NCBI GenBank assembly: GCA_037439545.1
Contig: JBBIVV010000010.1
Location: 1 to 62,792, forward strand
From: a bacterium
Lineage (GTDB): Bacteria > JAMCPX01
Direction: 5' to 3'
DNA: 62,792 bases
The notes beneath the pieces are model-generated. The model saw only the letters and a program-made list of their open reading frames with translations. It did not search any database and was not told the DNA's origin. This document shows positions 10,361 to 19,440 of the stretch, one piece after another. Made by a program: the position numbers and the translations under genes. The first letter of the stretch is position 1. Each line of letters begins with the position of its first letter.

Positions 10361-11707
10361 TCAAGGGTTGTTTTCCGTTTTCTGCTCGACATGTTTTATG
10401 TATTCCCTTATCGGATAATGCTCTATAGAGTCGGGGAACAGCTTTGACTTTATGAGCATGGCAATGACGGTCGTGACCATGAAGGGAAGCATCATTCTGT
10501 AATCGTTCGTAAGTTCAAACACGAGGAATATCCCGGTAAAAGGCGCATGGGTAAGCGAGGCAAGAAATGCTGCCATGCCGAGTGTCGCATACATTCCTGT
10601 CGATACGGGATGCCCGGGAAATATATAACTGAATATATGACCGATTGTTCCACCGAGCATAGCTCCTGTATAAAGTGTCGGCGCATAAATTCCACCCGGC
10701 AGGCCTGACCCAATGGTTATGGCTGTGCCGATAAATTTTGCCGCAAAAAGAAATATTACGAGAGAAAAACTGAGCTTTCCGAGAAGCGCCATACTTATAA
10801 CCGGATAACCGTTACCGAGCGACATAGGCAATAAAACGCCGATACATCCTATGATAATGCTGCCTATCAATGGCTTTGCCAATGGATTTGCCTTTATGTT
10901 TTTAAAATAAGCCGCAGCCTTAAAAAACCATTTTTCAAACAATACCGAAAAAAACCCCACGAACAATCCAAGAAATGTATAACCTATAAAAGCATAGGCA
11001 CTGGAATATTCATACAGCGGTGTACCAAGCATGGGGTTGTTTCCCGTGAATGCCCTGGTGATAAGTGTTGCTGTAACAGCGGATATTACAATGACACTGA
11101 GCGATGTCAGTTCATACTCTCCGAGCAGAACGATCTCTATGGCAAAAAATACACCGGTGATCGGTGCATTGAATATAGATGCGATACCCGCCGCTGTGCC
11201 GCTTGCTATAAGGAGCTTCCTTCTTTTTCTGTTCTCCTCTTTCATGATTGTGGAAAATAACGATCCGAAACCTCCGCCGATCTGTGCAATCGGTCCTTCA
11301 ACACCGGCCATGTTTCCCGTACCGATTATTATGGGGGTAAACAGGAGGAGGTAAAGTATGTTCCTGGGGTTCAATTTTGCATCTCTTTTGTTCACATTCA
11401 CGATGAAATCCGGGAAACTGTATCCCATGAGCTGGTCTTTAAAAAAGAGCGACTTTACCGTGATATAAAACAAAGCACCTGTCAAGGGAAGGACCATGAC
11501 GATCAAATTTTTGAGTGTGAATATCTGTGCTGCATCCCATCCGCCTGTATGCGTTGAATAGAGAAAACCTTCTATAAGACTCTCTGCCTTTATAATGAAA
11601 GTACTGGACAATCCTGCAAGGACACCGATAACGACAGCGAGAATAATGTCTCTCGTAGTGCCTGACATGACTTTACCATACAAAGATTTCAATTGCTCCA
11701 TTATCAT
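10361..11707 (-). CDS. ClC-family chloride channel / H+:Cl- antiporter (no CBS domains)
   Basis: GVEGP, AAGIASIFNAP, GLPGGIYAP, HAPFTG..LVFELT motifs. Confidence 0.88.
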   Translation of the reverse strand: MIMEQLKSLYGKVMSGTTRDIILAVVIGVLAGLSSTFIIKAESLIEGFLYSTHTGGWDAAQIFTLKNLIVMVLPLTGALFYITVKSLFFKDQLMGYSFPDFIVNVNKRDAKLNPRNILYLLLFTPIIIGTGNMAGVEGPIAQIGGGFGSLFSTIMKEENRKRRKLLIASGTAAGIASIFNAPITGVFFAIEIVLLGEYELTSLSVIVISAVTATLITRAFTGNNPMLGTPLYEYSSAYAFIGYTFLGLFVGFFSVLFEKWFFKAAAYFKNIKANPLAKPLIGSIIIGCIGVLLPMSLGNGYPVISMALLGKLSFSLVIFLFAAKFIGTAITIGSGLPGGIYAPTLYTGAMLGGTIGHIFSYIFPGHPVSTGMYATLGMAAFLASLTHAPFTGIFLVFELTNDYRMMLPFMVTTVIAMLIKSKLFPDSIEHYPIREYIKHVEQKTENNP

Positions 11708-11808
11708 ACCGGTTCTATTCTAATAATTTGATCGACGAAAATGCAATAAAAAGTTTATTTTTTCTTTTAAAATGTATTTCTGGGGGAATGAATTGAGATG
11801 AGGGGTGA

Positions 11809-11837
11809 GCACCCATGCTTCTATAAAGCATGGGTGC
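11809..11837 (-). terminator. Stem-loop downstream of dsrP
   Basis: GCACCCATGCTT-ctata-AAGCATGGGTGC, 12-bp perfect stem; no clear U-tract. Confidence 0.5.
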
Positions 11838-11889
11838 AGGGGAAATATAAGTTCAGCATAAAACAAACCTTATATAATAATACAAAACC

Positions 11890-13056
11890 TCAGGTTGTAC
11901 TCTTCTCTTTTACGGAGATTGCCACCTTCCATAGAATGGTCAATATAAATACCCCTATCGTGTAAACACCGACTGCGATCATGATTTCCGGGAATGTGGG
12001 AAGATATTCTGTTATCTTGTCGAATGGATTGGGTATGAATCCCGCAACAATCAAACCGAGCCCCTTATCAATCCATGTAGACATGACCAGTGCTGCCAAT
12101 GCAAAAGGCAGCAGCTTCTTATTGTTTCGCAAAGACGGTGGTATCAAGAGGGCCAGAGACAGCAGACCAAGTCCTGCCGATGTCCACATAAACGGGACAA
12201 GTGCATGTTGACCATCGATGCCATAATATAGATATTTAAATGAATTCATTTCATCGGGTATATGACTGTAAAAAGCGGTAAATACTTCAAGCAGCATGAA
12301 AAACACGTTGGCGCTCATGGCGTAGGTAATAATCTTTGCAAGTGCATTGACGGCTTCTTCACCCACTGCATACTTACTCACTTTCTGTATAAGAAAAACA
12401 AGCAGGAGAAGTATTGCCGGTCCTGCACAGAAGGCTGATGCAAGAAAACGTGCAGCCATGATAGCTGACATCCAGAAAGGTCTTCCGGGAAGTCCTGCAT
12501 ACAAGAATGCCGTTACTGTATGAATGCTTATAGCCCATGCAACTGAAAGATAAATCAAAGGTCTTACCCATGACGGAGGTGTTGCATTTTTCCGTTCTGC
12601 CTCTAATGTAGTCCAGCCAATAATAAGGTTAAGTCCCAGATAGCCTGCCAGGACTGTCATATCCCAGAACATTATAGAATGAGGTTGGGGATAAAGCAAT
12701 ACGTTCAGAACTCTTGTCGGCTGTCCTAAATCGACAAAGATGAAGAGCATACACATCGTAACTGCCGCAATTGCCATGAACTCCCCAAGGATAATCATTT
12801 TTGAAAAAGCCTTGTAATGGTGCAGGTAATAAGGAATAACGAGCATGACTGCCGATGCTGCAACACCGACAAGATAGGTAAATTGTGCAATGTAAAGACC
12901 CCACGAAACATTTCTACTCAAACCTGTTATTTTCAATCCTTCGTTGAACTGCATAAGATAGAAATGGAAGCATGTTCCCAGTAGAACAATCAGGAATATC
13001 ACCCATGCCCAGTATTTTTTGCTTCCGTAGAATACCTTTTCAATCATAACTGCCAC
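11890..13056 (-). CDS. dsrP: DsrP, NrfD/PsrC-family membrane subunit
   Basis: TGLSRNVSWGLYIAQFTYLVGVAASAVM, VDLGQP, SIHTVTAF; position in operon. Confidence 0.95.
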   Translation of the reverse strand: MAVMIEKVFYGSKKYWAWVIFLIVLLGTCFHFYLMQFNEGLKITGLSRNVSWGLYIAQFTYLVGVAASAVMLVIPYYLHHYKAFSKMIILGEFMAIAAVTMCMLFIFVDLGQPTRVLNVLLYPQPHSIMFWDMTVLAGYLGLNLIIGWTTLEAERKNATPPSWVRPLIYLSVAWAISIHTVTAFLYAGLPGRPFWMSAIMAARFLASAFCAGPAILLLLVFLIQKVSKYAVGEEAVNALAKIITYAMSANVFFMLLEVFTAFYSHIPDEMNSFKYLYYGIDGQHALVPFMWTSAGLGLLSLALLIPPSLRNNKKLLPFALAALVMSTWIDKGLGLIVAGFIPNPFDKITEYLPTFPEIMIAVGVYTIGVFILTILWKVAISVKEKSTT

Positions 13057-13057
13057 C

Positions 13058-13876
13058 TCATATTATATAGAAAACATTAGGCTGAGTCCCGAGCTCCGGC
13101 TTACGCCTCACAGTAAAGTTATTGCTCAGGACCTTTCTGATATCAGAGTTCGTATCGCTTAAATCACCGAAGATTATTGAACCTTTGGACGCTTCGACAC
13201 ACGCCGGGGGCAGACCTTTATCCAGTCGTTCTATACAAAAATCACATTTTTCTACCACACCTTTTGTCCGTGTCGGATATTCCGGATCAATATGCTTGAT
13301 GAAAGGCCTTGGATCCTGGAAATTAAAGCTCCTCGAGCCGTAGGGACAGCCTGCCATGCAATACCTGCAGCCGATACACCTGTGATAATCCATCATTACG
13401 ATTCCGTCGGGTCTCTTGAATGTTGCACCTGTAGGACAGACCCTCACACACGGCGGATATTCACACTGATTGCAGAGCAGAAGTACCGGCTTATCTTTTA
13501 ATTCCTCTTCCAGATATTTGTTTTGCTGTTCTGGGAATGCATTTTCATAATTCTCTTCCCATATCCATTTTATTTCCTGATTATTCGGGATAACCGGTAT
13601 ATTATGGATATTGTCGCACGCATCGATGCATCTCTTATAATCATCATGGGTCTTAAATTTTCGCAGATCGATGGCAATTGCCCATCTGTTTGCCTTTAAA
13701 GCTTTTGGATCTGATGCAAATTTGCCGTATTCCATCCCCTGACTTGCAAGGGCATCACCATTGAATTTTGTTCCGAGTTTTAGAATTGAGGACATGCCGC
13801 CGAATAAGCTGCTCCCAGCCAACAACCCTGTGGATATGCCCATCAGCCTCAAGAATCGTCTTTTATCGTTGTCCAT
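13058..13876 (-). CDS. dsrO: DsrO, periplasmic Fe-S subunit
   Basis: Tat motif KRRFL; CNQCEYPPCVRVCP, CIGCRYCMAGCP, KCDFC. Confidence 0.95.
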   Translation of the reverse strand: MDNDKRRFLRLMGISTGLLAGSSLFGGMSSILKLGTKFNGDALASQGMEYGKFASDPKALKANRWAIAIDLRKFKTHDDYKRCIDACDNIHNIPVIPNNQEIKWIWEENYENAFPEQQNKYLEEELKDKPVLLLCNQCEYPPCVRVCPTGATFKRPDGIVMMDYHRCIGCRYCMAGCPYGSRSFNFQDPRPFIKHIDPEYPTRTKGVVEKCDFCIERLDKGLPPACVEASKGSIIFGDLSDTNSDIRKVLSNNFTVRRKPELGTQPNVFYII

Positions 13877-14273
13877 TCGCTATCTCCTCCTTAGGTTTAA
13901 CATGGCACTCCCAGCAATAAGGTTCTATGTTTACATAGCTGTGACACTGATTACAGAACTGCTTCTCGTTAGAATGGCAATGAAAACAGGTGTCTTCCAA
14001 ACTCATGGTGAAGTATTGACCGCTGCTGTTGACATATATGGTTCTATTCTCACGCACAACTTCGTTCCGCCAATCATTGAGCAATTGCATGTGTTTATCA
14101 ATCATGTACTGTTTCGATTCTATGCAATGCTTTTCTTTCATTTGCCGGATTACAGGCGTATCGAGGCTTGGGTCAGGTTTAACGAATGCCTTTCCGGCAT
14201 TGTACCAGAATGGCAGCGTAACGATGCCGACAAATATAAACAGTCCGGAGATAATTTTACCGCTGTCATACAT
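13863..14273 (-). CDS. dsrJ: DsrJ, triheme cytochrome c
   Basis: Three CxxCH motifs (CFHCH, CNQCH, CWECH); HMQLLNDWRNEVVR; start ATG 14273. Confidence 0.95.
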   Translation of the reverse strand: MYDSGKIISGLFIFVGIVTLPFWYNAGKAFVKPDPSLDTPVIRQMKEKHCIESKQYMIDKHMQLLNDWRNEVVRENRTIYVNSSGQYFTMSLEDTCFHCHSNEKQFCNQCHSYVNIEPYCWECHVKPKEEIANGQR

Positions 14274-15882
14274 GTTTATCACCTTCCGTTTCTTTTACAG
14301 GATCGCCTCTCAAGGTAAGGGCCCTTTCTTTTTCTCCCTTCATGACAAGCGCATTTCCGAGCAACTCATGAACACCGGTAACCTTTACCTCGGGGACCCA
14401 GTATTCCATAAGTGTGGACAGTGTCGCTCTGTCTATTGCACAGATACACGTCAGTCTGTTTACCCCGTGTTTTTCGTGTACATATTTCACTGCATTTGCA
14501 CGGGGCAGCCCCCCTCTCATTCTCATTTCCATCATTTCGTCTGTTCCCAATCCTGCGCCGCCTCCGCAGCAGAATGTCTGTTCACGAGTAGTGTTCTCCG
14601 GCATTTCGAAGAAATTGTTGCAAACTTGCTTTATTATGTACCGTGGCTCTTCCAAAATGCCCATTGCCCTTGCAGGGTTACATGAATCATGGAATGTTAC
14701 TTTAAGTCCGTCATTACGCGATGGATCCAGTTTTAATTTGTTGTTTTTGATAAGGTCTGCCGTAAATTCCGTTATGTGAACCATCTTTGTAGATCGGGCA
14801 TTTTCAAATTTTGTTCCGGTAATTGGAGAAACAGGCACTTCAAGAAAATCCGCGGGGCCATTCATCGTATCCATGTACTGGTGCATGACCCGCCACATAT
14901 GCCCGCATTCTCCGCCGATTATCCACTTAACCCCCAATCTTTTTGCCTCGGCATATATCTTGGCATTTAATCTTTTGATCATCTCATGTGAGGTAAAAAG
15001 ACCGAAGTTCCCGCCTTCAGATGCATAAGTACTCCACGTATAATCGAGACCCAGTTCGTGGAAAAGCATCAGATAACCCATGCATGTATAAACACCGGGG
15101 TCCGCAAAATAGTCTGCAGAAGGCGTTACAAAAAGGATCTCTGCCCCTTTTCTGTTAAACGATGGTGCGATTTTTATTCCCGTCCTGTCTTCAATATCAT
15201 CGAGCATCGTTTCAAACATATTCATAAGGGTGTGGGGCTGGATACCGAGGTGGTTGCCTGTTCTGTAGCAGTTTGCCACAGGTTCAAGAATCCAGTTTAC
15301 GTTAACCCCGAGGAGATTAAGCAATTCCCTGCCCATCATCGTAATTTCGGCAGTGTCAATGCCATAGGGACAGAACACTGAACATCTCCGGCATTCTGTA
15401 CACTGATAAAAATAGTAGAACCATTCTTTTAGAACATCCTCTGTAAGCTCTCTTGCCCCATTCAGCTTGCCGAATATCTTGCCTGATTTCGTAAAATGCC
15501 CTTTATATATTGACCTGAGGAGCTCTGCCCTGAGTACAGGCATATTCTTTGGATCACCGCCGCCGATATAAAAATGGCATTTATCCGCACATGCACCGCA
15601 CCGGACGCAGATATCCATAAACACTTGAAAAGATCGGTACTTGCCGAGCCTTTCTCTCATCCCTTCGAGAACTATTTCTTTCCAGTTCTCGGGTAGTTTC
15701 CAATCATGATCAGCCGGAGACCACTCCCTTGGATTCGGCATATCGAGGTATTTTAGATTCTTTGCTTTTGCCGGATATATATAGGTGCCGTGTTTGAAAT
15801 TAACTGGCGTATCCACCCAGTCTTTTTTAGGCGGTTTATAATTTATTTTAACAAGCTCGTCTTGTTTCAGTTCATCTGCCAT
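14266..15882 (-). CDS. dsrK: DsrK, HdrD-like catalytic Fe-S subunit
   Basis: CVRCGACADKC, CTECRRCSVFCP, GECGH, HDSC...CCGGG...CAID CCG domain. Confidence 0.97.
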   Translation of the reverse strand: MADELKQDELVKINYKPPKKDWVDTPVNFKHGTYIYPAKAKNLKYLDMPNPREWSPADHDWKLPENWKEIVLEGMRERLGKYRSFQVFMDICVRCGACADKCHFYIGGGDPKNMPVLRAELLRSIYKGHFTKSGKIFGKLNGARELTEDVLKEWFYYFYQCTECRRCSVFCPYGIDTAEITMMGRELLNLLGVNVNWILEPVANCYRTGNHLGIQPHTLMNMFETMLDDIEDRTGIKIAPSFNRKGAEILFVTPSADYFADPGVYTCMGYLMLFHELGLDYTWSTYASEGGNFGLFTSHEMIKRLNAKIYAEAKRLGVKWIIGGECGHMWRVMHQYMDTMNGPADFLEVPVSPITGTKFENARSTKMVHITEFTADLIKNNKLKLDPSRNDGLKVTFHDSCNPARAMGILEEPRYIIKQVCNNFFEMPENTTREQTFCCGGGAGLGTDEMMEMRMRGGLPRANAVKYVHEKHGVNRLTCICAIDRATLSTLMEYWVPEVKVTGVHELLGNALVMKGEKERALTLRGDPVKETEGDKHV

Positions 15883-15884
15883 AT

Positions 15885-16877
15885 CTACTCCTTCTCTACC
15901 GGTATTCCAGCAGCTTTCATTTTATCTCTGAATTCATTTTCATATTCGTCATAAGTGTGGACATGGACTGGATAATTCCATGGATTAATATGCCTTACCA
16001 TTCTGTTATTGTTTGCAAGGTTTCTTGTGGGACTGAGGAAAACTCCGCCCATGTGCATAAGCTTGCTGAAAGGAAAGTATGCAAATAACGTGGAAATCAA
16101 AAACAGGTGTATATAAAACATGCTGCCGATATCTGCGGGAAGCTTCGGATTAAGACTCATCAAACTTATGGCAAGTTCTTTAACACTGATGAGGTCTATC
16201 CTATAAAAATACCTCATAAGGACACCGGTAAGTCCTATACTGAATATTAATAATAGAGGAAAATAGTCGGAAATAAGTGAAATGTAACGAACCTGTGGTG
16301 CAAGAATCCTTCTAATGAATAAATAAAGCAAAGCACTGAGTAGAAGCACATCGGTTATATAGATTGTTGGCACACCTATCTGTAAAAATCCGTCAAAAAT
16401 ATCCAGCAATTTTATCAAATAAGGCACCGGTTCCGTAAAGAGTCTTAAGTGTCTTATAAGTATGATAAGAAATGACCAGTGGAATGCAATACCGCCGAGC
16501 CACAGCCATTTATTTGAGCCATAGGCAAGCTTTGGACCATCTCTGAGTTCTGTTTTTGTGTTTCTGAATAAAGATCTGAAAAAAAGTATCTCGAGCAGCA
16601 TCCTTCCTATGACGCCCATAGTGCTCGATGGATTATCAAGTTTATTCTGTTTTATCCAGGGGAGTGACTTCTCCTGGCCGCACGTTGTCGGTATGCGAAA
16701 AGGAACAGGTGAACGTGCCCACTTCATTATACGATAAACAAAACCTGCAATAAATGTAACCACTGCAACATAGGGCACGATAATGCCAAATACGTAGGAC
16801 ATGCCGGCATATTTCACGCCTATGTAGGCAATTATCACAAGGCACAGCACCGCGATGAAAGAAAACAAAAGTTTCAT
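15885..16877 (-). CDS. dsrM: DsrM, NarI-like cytochrome b
   Basis: PVPFRIPTTCGQ, FRSLFRNT, FHWSF, RHLR, FSKLMH, RHINPWN. Confidence 0.97.
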   Translation of the reverse strand: MKLLFSFIAVLCLVIIAYIGVKYAGMSYVFGIIVPYVAVVTFIAGFVYRIMKWARSPVPFRIPTTCGQEKSLPWIKQNKLDNPSSTMGVIGRMLLEILFFRSLFRNTKTELRDGPKLAYGSNKWLWLGGIAFHWSFLIILIRHLRLFTEPVPYLIKLLDIFDGFLQIGVPTIYITDVLLLSALLYLFIRRILAPQVRYISLISDYFPLLLIFSIGLTGVLMRYFYRIDLISVKELAISLMSLNPKLPADIGSMFYIHLFLISTLFAYFPFSKLMHMGGVFLSPTRNLANNNRMVRHINPWNYPVHVHTYDEYENEFRDKMKAAGIPVEKE

Positions 16878-16888
16878 TTATCTTTACC

Positions 16889-17461
16889 TCACTTCATAGT
16901 ATCAAAATTTGTATTACTGTTTTTCATGACAGCATCACTGTCGTCAATATCGGTGACGAGATTTGCCCTTTCCAGAAGTCTAAAAGCCATACTTTTGAAT
17001 TCCTTGACCTTTAACTCGTAAATTTTTTCTCTATGCTGCATATAGCTTTCAAAAGAATCGAGTGCCAGATCATCTATCCTGGACTCCAGAATAAACAGTT
17101 CATTATAAACGCTGTTTTCCCGGAGTTCGTCTTTAAGCGCTTCTCTTATCAGCTTTTTTAAAGTAAAAATGAATCCAAGTGCATGTGAGGGAGAAAAATC
17201 CTGCACAGCCCTTATCTTTAAAATGCTATCAAGAAAAGTTGATGCTTTATCACTTCTGCTTCCCTTAATAATCGTATCGAGTATGGCTTCTGTTCCTTCG
17301 GATATGGTATATCCTACCGGGTTGGCAAACTGATTCTTTTGTTTCTTTAGGAAAGATGAAGTATCTGTTGCATATGCTTCACCATAAGTTGCCATGATAC
17401 TTTCCCGCCATTTGTTCAAAATAACCGCTTGCTTCTCCGATAGGATACTTTCTATCTTCAC
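16889..17461 (-). CDS. dsrT: DsrT (RsbRD N-terminal-domain protein)
   Basis: FANPVG, KIRAVQDFSPSHA, REKIYELKV; directly upstream of dsrM. Confidence 0.9.
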   Translation of the reverse strand: MKIESILSEKQAVILNKWRESIMATYGEAYATDTSSFLKKQKNQFANPVGYTISEGTEAILDTIIKGSRSDKASTFLDSILKIRAVQDFSPSHALGFIFTLKKLIREALKDELRENSVYNELFILESRIDDLALDSFESYMQHREKIYELKVKEFKSMAFRLLERANLVTDIDDSDAVMKNSNTNFDTMK

Positions 17462-17502
17462 ACCACACCTCTCACATGCAATTTAAAGCTATACCGGTCT
17501 GT

Positions 17503-17551
17503 ATCCCGTTACCTCAGGCAAATTCCTTTTAGCCTGTAGTAACTTAGGGTA
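17503..17551 (-). terminator. Imperfect stem-loop between dsrC and dsrT
   Basis: Minus strand TACCC-taa-GTTAC-ta-CAGGC...GCCTG-ag-GTAAC-GGGATA pairing. Confidence 0.4.
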
Positions 17552-17869
17552 TTATACGCAACCTGTTGGTTTTGGCAGTCCTGCAATCTTACATGCACCT
17601 TTGGCTGGTCCGGTTGGGAATAATTCATACATGTGCTTCAGATCTACCTGGGTGTCTTTACACATCTTTCTAATCATAGGTGCAATGTTGTATTTCGAAT
17701 AGTATTCTCGCAGATATTTAACGACCTTCCAGTGTTCTTCTGTCATGTTCGGTACGCTTTCTGTAGATGCAAGTGCTTCTGCCAGCTTTTCACTCCATAC
17801 ATTTGGATCTTCTATAAACCCGTCTTCATCGATATCTACTTCTACACCGCCTAAATTTACCTTTGCCAT
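17552..17869 (-). CDS. dsrC: DsrC sulfur-carrier protein (bona fide, Cx10C)
   Basis: C-terminus GACKIAGLPKPTGCV has both conserved Cys; SD GGAGG. Confidence 0.98.
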   Translation of the reverse strand: MAKVNLGGVEVDIDEDGFIEDPNVWSEKLAEALASTESVPNMTEEHWKVVKYLREYYSKYNIAPMIRKMCKDTQVDLKHMYELFPTGPAKGACKIAGLPKPTGCV

Positions 17870-17906
17870 GTTAACCTCCTGTTTTTATTTTTTTTCGTCT
17901 TTTATA

Positions 17907-19436
17907 TTACTGATCGATACCGTAGTGCTGACATGTATAAGTGTCTTCTCTATAGAATTTTAAATAGCTGCTGTCTGTTTTTTTTCTTAAGTATTTTTCA
18001 GCCGCACGGACAACATTTTTTGCCCATTGGGCCGTTCCTGCCGCATGCAGGTGAGAGTAAACAGCCAGTAAATTCTTATAGCAGATTCCGTCTTCGAGCT
18101 TATTGAACCCGTAACCTTTATGAACCTTAAAAATAAACCTTATTTTATCTGATGCTAATGTCTTGCCTTTAGAATAATGAAACTCGTGCCCGTGTATAAT
18201 GCTTGATATTTCAAAATATGGATTGGTTTCCTTAACCTCCAGTATTGTATAGCCGTGTCCCTGTGGTTTTTTATCAAAATCAAACTCGACCGGCAGAACA
18301 CCTGTCATTGAATATGTTTTATCTTTATATGTGATCGACTTTCCCATATAGAGTGCTCCACCACACTCGGCATACACCGGCAGACCGGATTCAACGGCAT
18401 CTTTGACGGATAAGCGGAAACTTTTATTCGCAGCAAGCTGAGCGGCATTCGTTTCAGGGAAACCACCCCCTATATAGAGGGCATCGATGTCCGGTAGTGC
18501 ATGGTCCTTGAGTGCATTTATCTCTATTATTTCTGCACCATATGCCTTCAATGCTTCTATATTGTCCGGATAATAAAATGAGAACGCTGTATCCTTCACA
18601 ATGCCTATCCGCATCCTTTGATTTGTTTGCTTTTCGGATGCATGTTTCTTGTATTTCTTCATAAGCAAGGGCTTGCCCGTATTGGTAAGTGCAATAAGCT
18701 TGTCGATAGTAACGTATTTTTCTACTGCGTCCGTCGCATATGCTATTGCATTTGTAATCTCAGGATATTCTTCCGGGGTAATCAATCCAAGGTGTCTTTC
18801 AGGGAATTTGCCGGGGTCCAGTTTTGGAAGAGCACCTATAACAGGTATACCGCATATATTTTCAATGGAAGCACGGGCTATATCCTCGTGTCTTTTCCCT
18901 GCAACCCTATTCAATATTACACCCGCTATTTGAATGTCCGGATCCATCTTTTGACAACCGAGAACTTCTGCGGCAAGTGTACGCGTCGATTTTGTACTAT
19001 CCAGAACAAGAATGACCGGTGATTTTAAGATCTTCGCAAGTTCTGCGGTACTATACGTTCCACGGTCATCCATACCGTCAAAAATGCCCCTGTTACCTTC
19101 GATTATCGCCGTCTTACCGCTGAGAAACTCTTTCAACCGGTTACACTTTGCACAGGAAGGATCATCGCAGAACCTGCACACCTCATGAATACCCGTGTGC
19201 TGTTCAAAGGACTGTATCACGCCCTCTTCGCCCATAAGGAATGTATCGAGATTGTAACATTGTTTTTTGACTGCAGATGAAAGCCACGCCGAGTCTATAT
19301 AATCCGGGCCTTTTTTAAACGGGAAAATATCCATACCCCGTTTTTGCAATGCTGAAGCAATGCCAACGGTTACAAATGTCTTGCCGCAGCCTCCAGCCAG
19401 TCCAGATATAATGATCCTCGGTATATTCCACAGCAT
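17907..19436 (-). CDS. dsrN: DsrN, siroheme amidase (CbiA/CobB-like)
   Basis: GKT P-loop, FKKGPDYID, EGNRG, ERHLGL, GGGFPE, YAECGG, GHEFHYS; start set at ATG 19436 just after the dsrL stop. Confidence 0.92.
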   Translation of the reverse strand: MLWNIPRIIISGLAGGCGKTFVTVGIASALQKRGMDIFPFKKGPDYIDSAWLSSAVKKQCYNLDTFLMGEEGVIQSFEQHTGIHEVCRFCDDPSCAKCNRLKEFLSGKTAIIEGNRGIFDGMDDRGTYSTAELAKILKSPVILVLDSTKSTRTLAAEVLGCQKMDPDIQIAGVILNRVAGKRHEDIARASIENICGIPVIGALPKLDPGKFPERHLGLITPEEYPEITNAIAYATDAVEKYVTIDKLIALTNTGKPLLMKKYKKHASEKQTNQRMRIGIVKDTAFSFYYPDNIEALKAYGAEIIEINALKDHALPDIDALYIGGGFPETNAAQLAANKSFRLSVKDAVESGLPVYAECGGALYMGKSITYKDKTYSMTGVLPVEFDFDKKPQGHGYTILEVKETNPYFEISSIIHGHEFHYSKGKTLASDKIRFIFKVHKGYGFNKLEDGICYKNLLAVYSHLHAAGTAQWAKNVVRAAEKYLRKKTDSSYLKFYREDTYTCQHYGIDQ

Positions 19437-19440
19437 GGCA

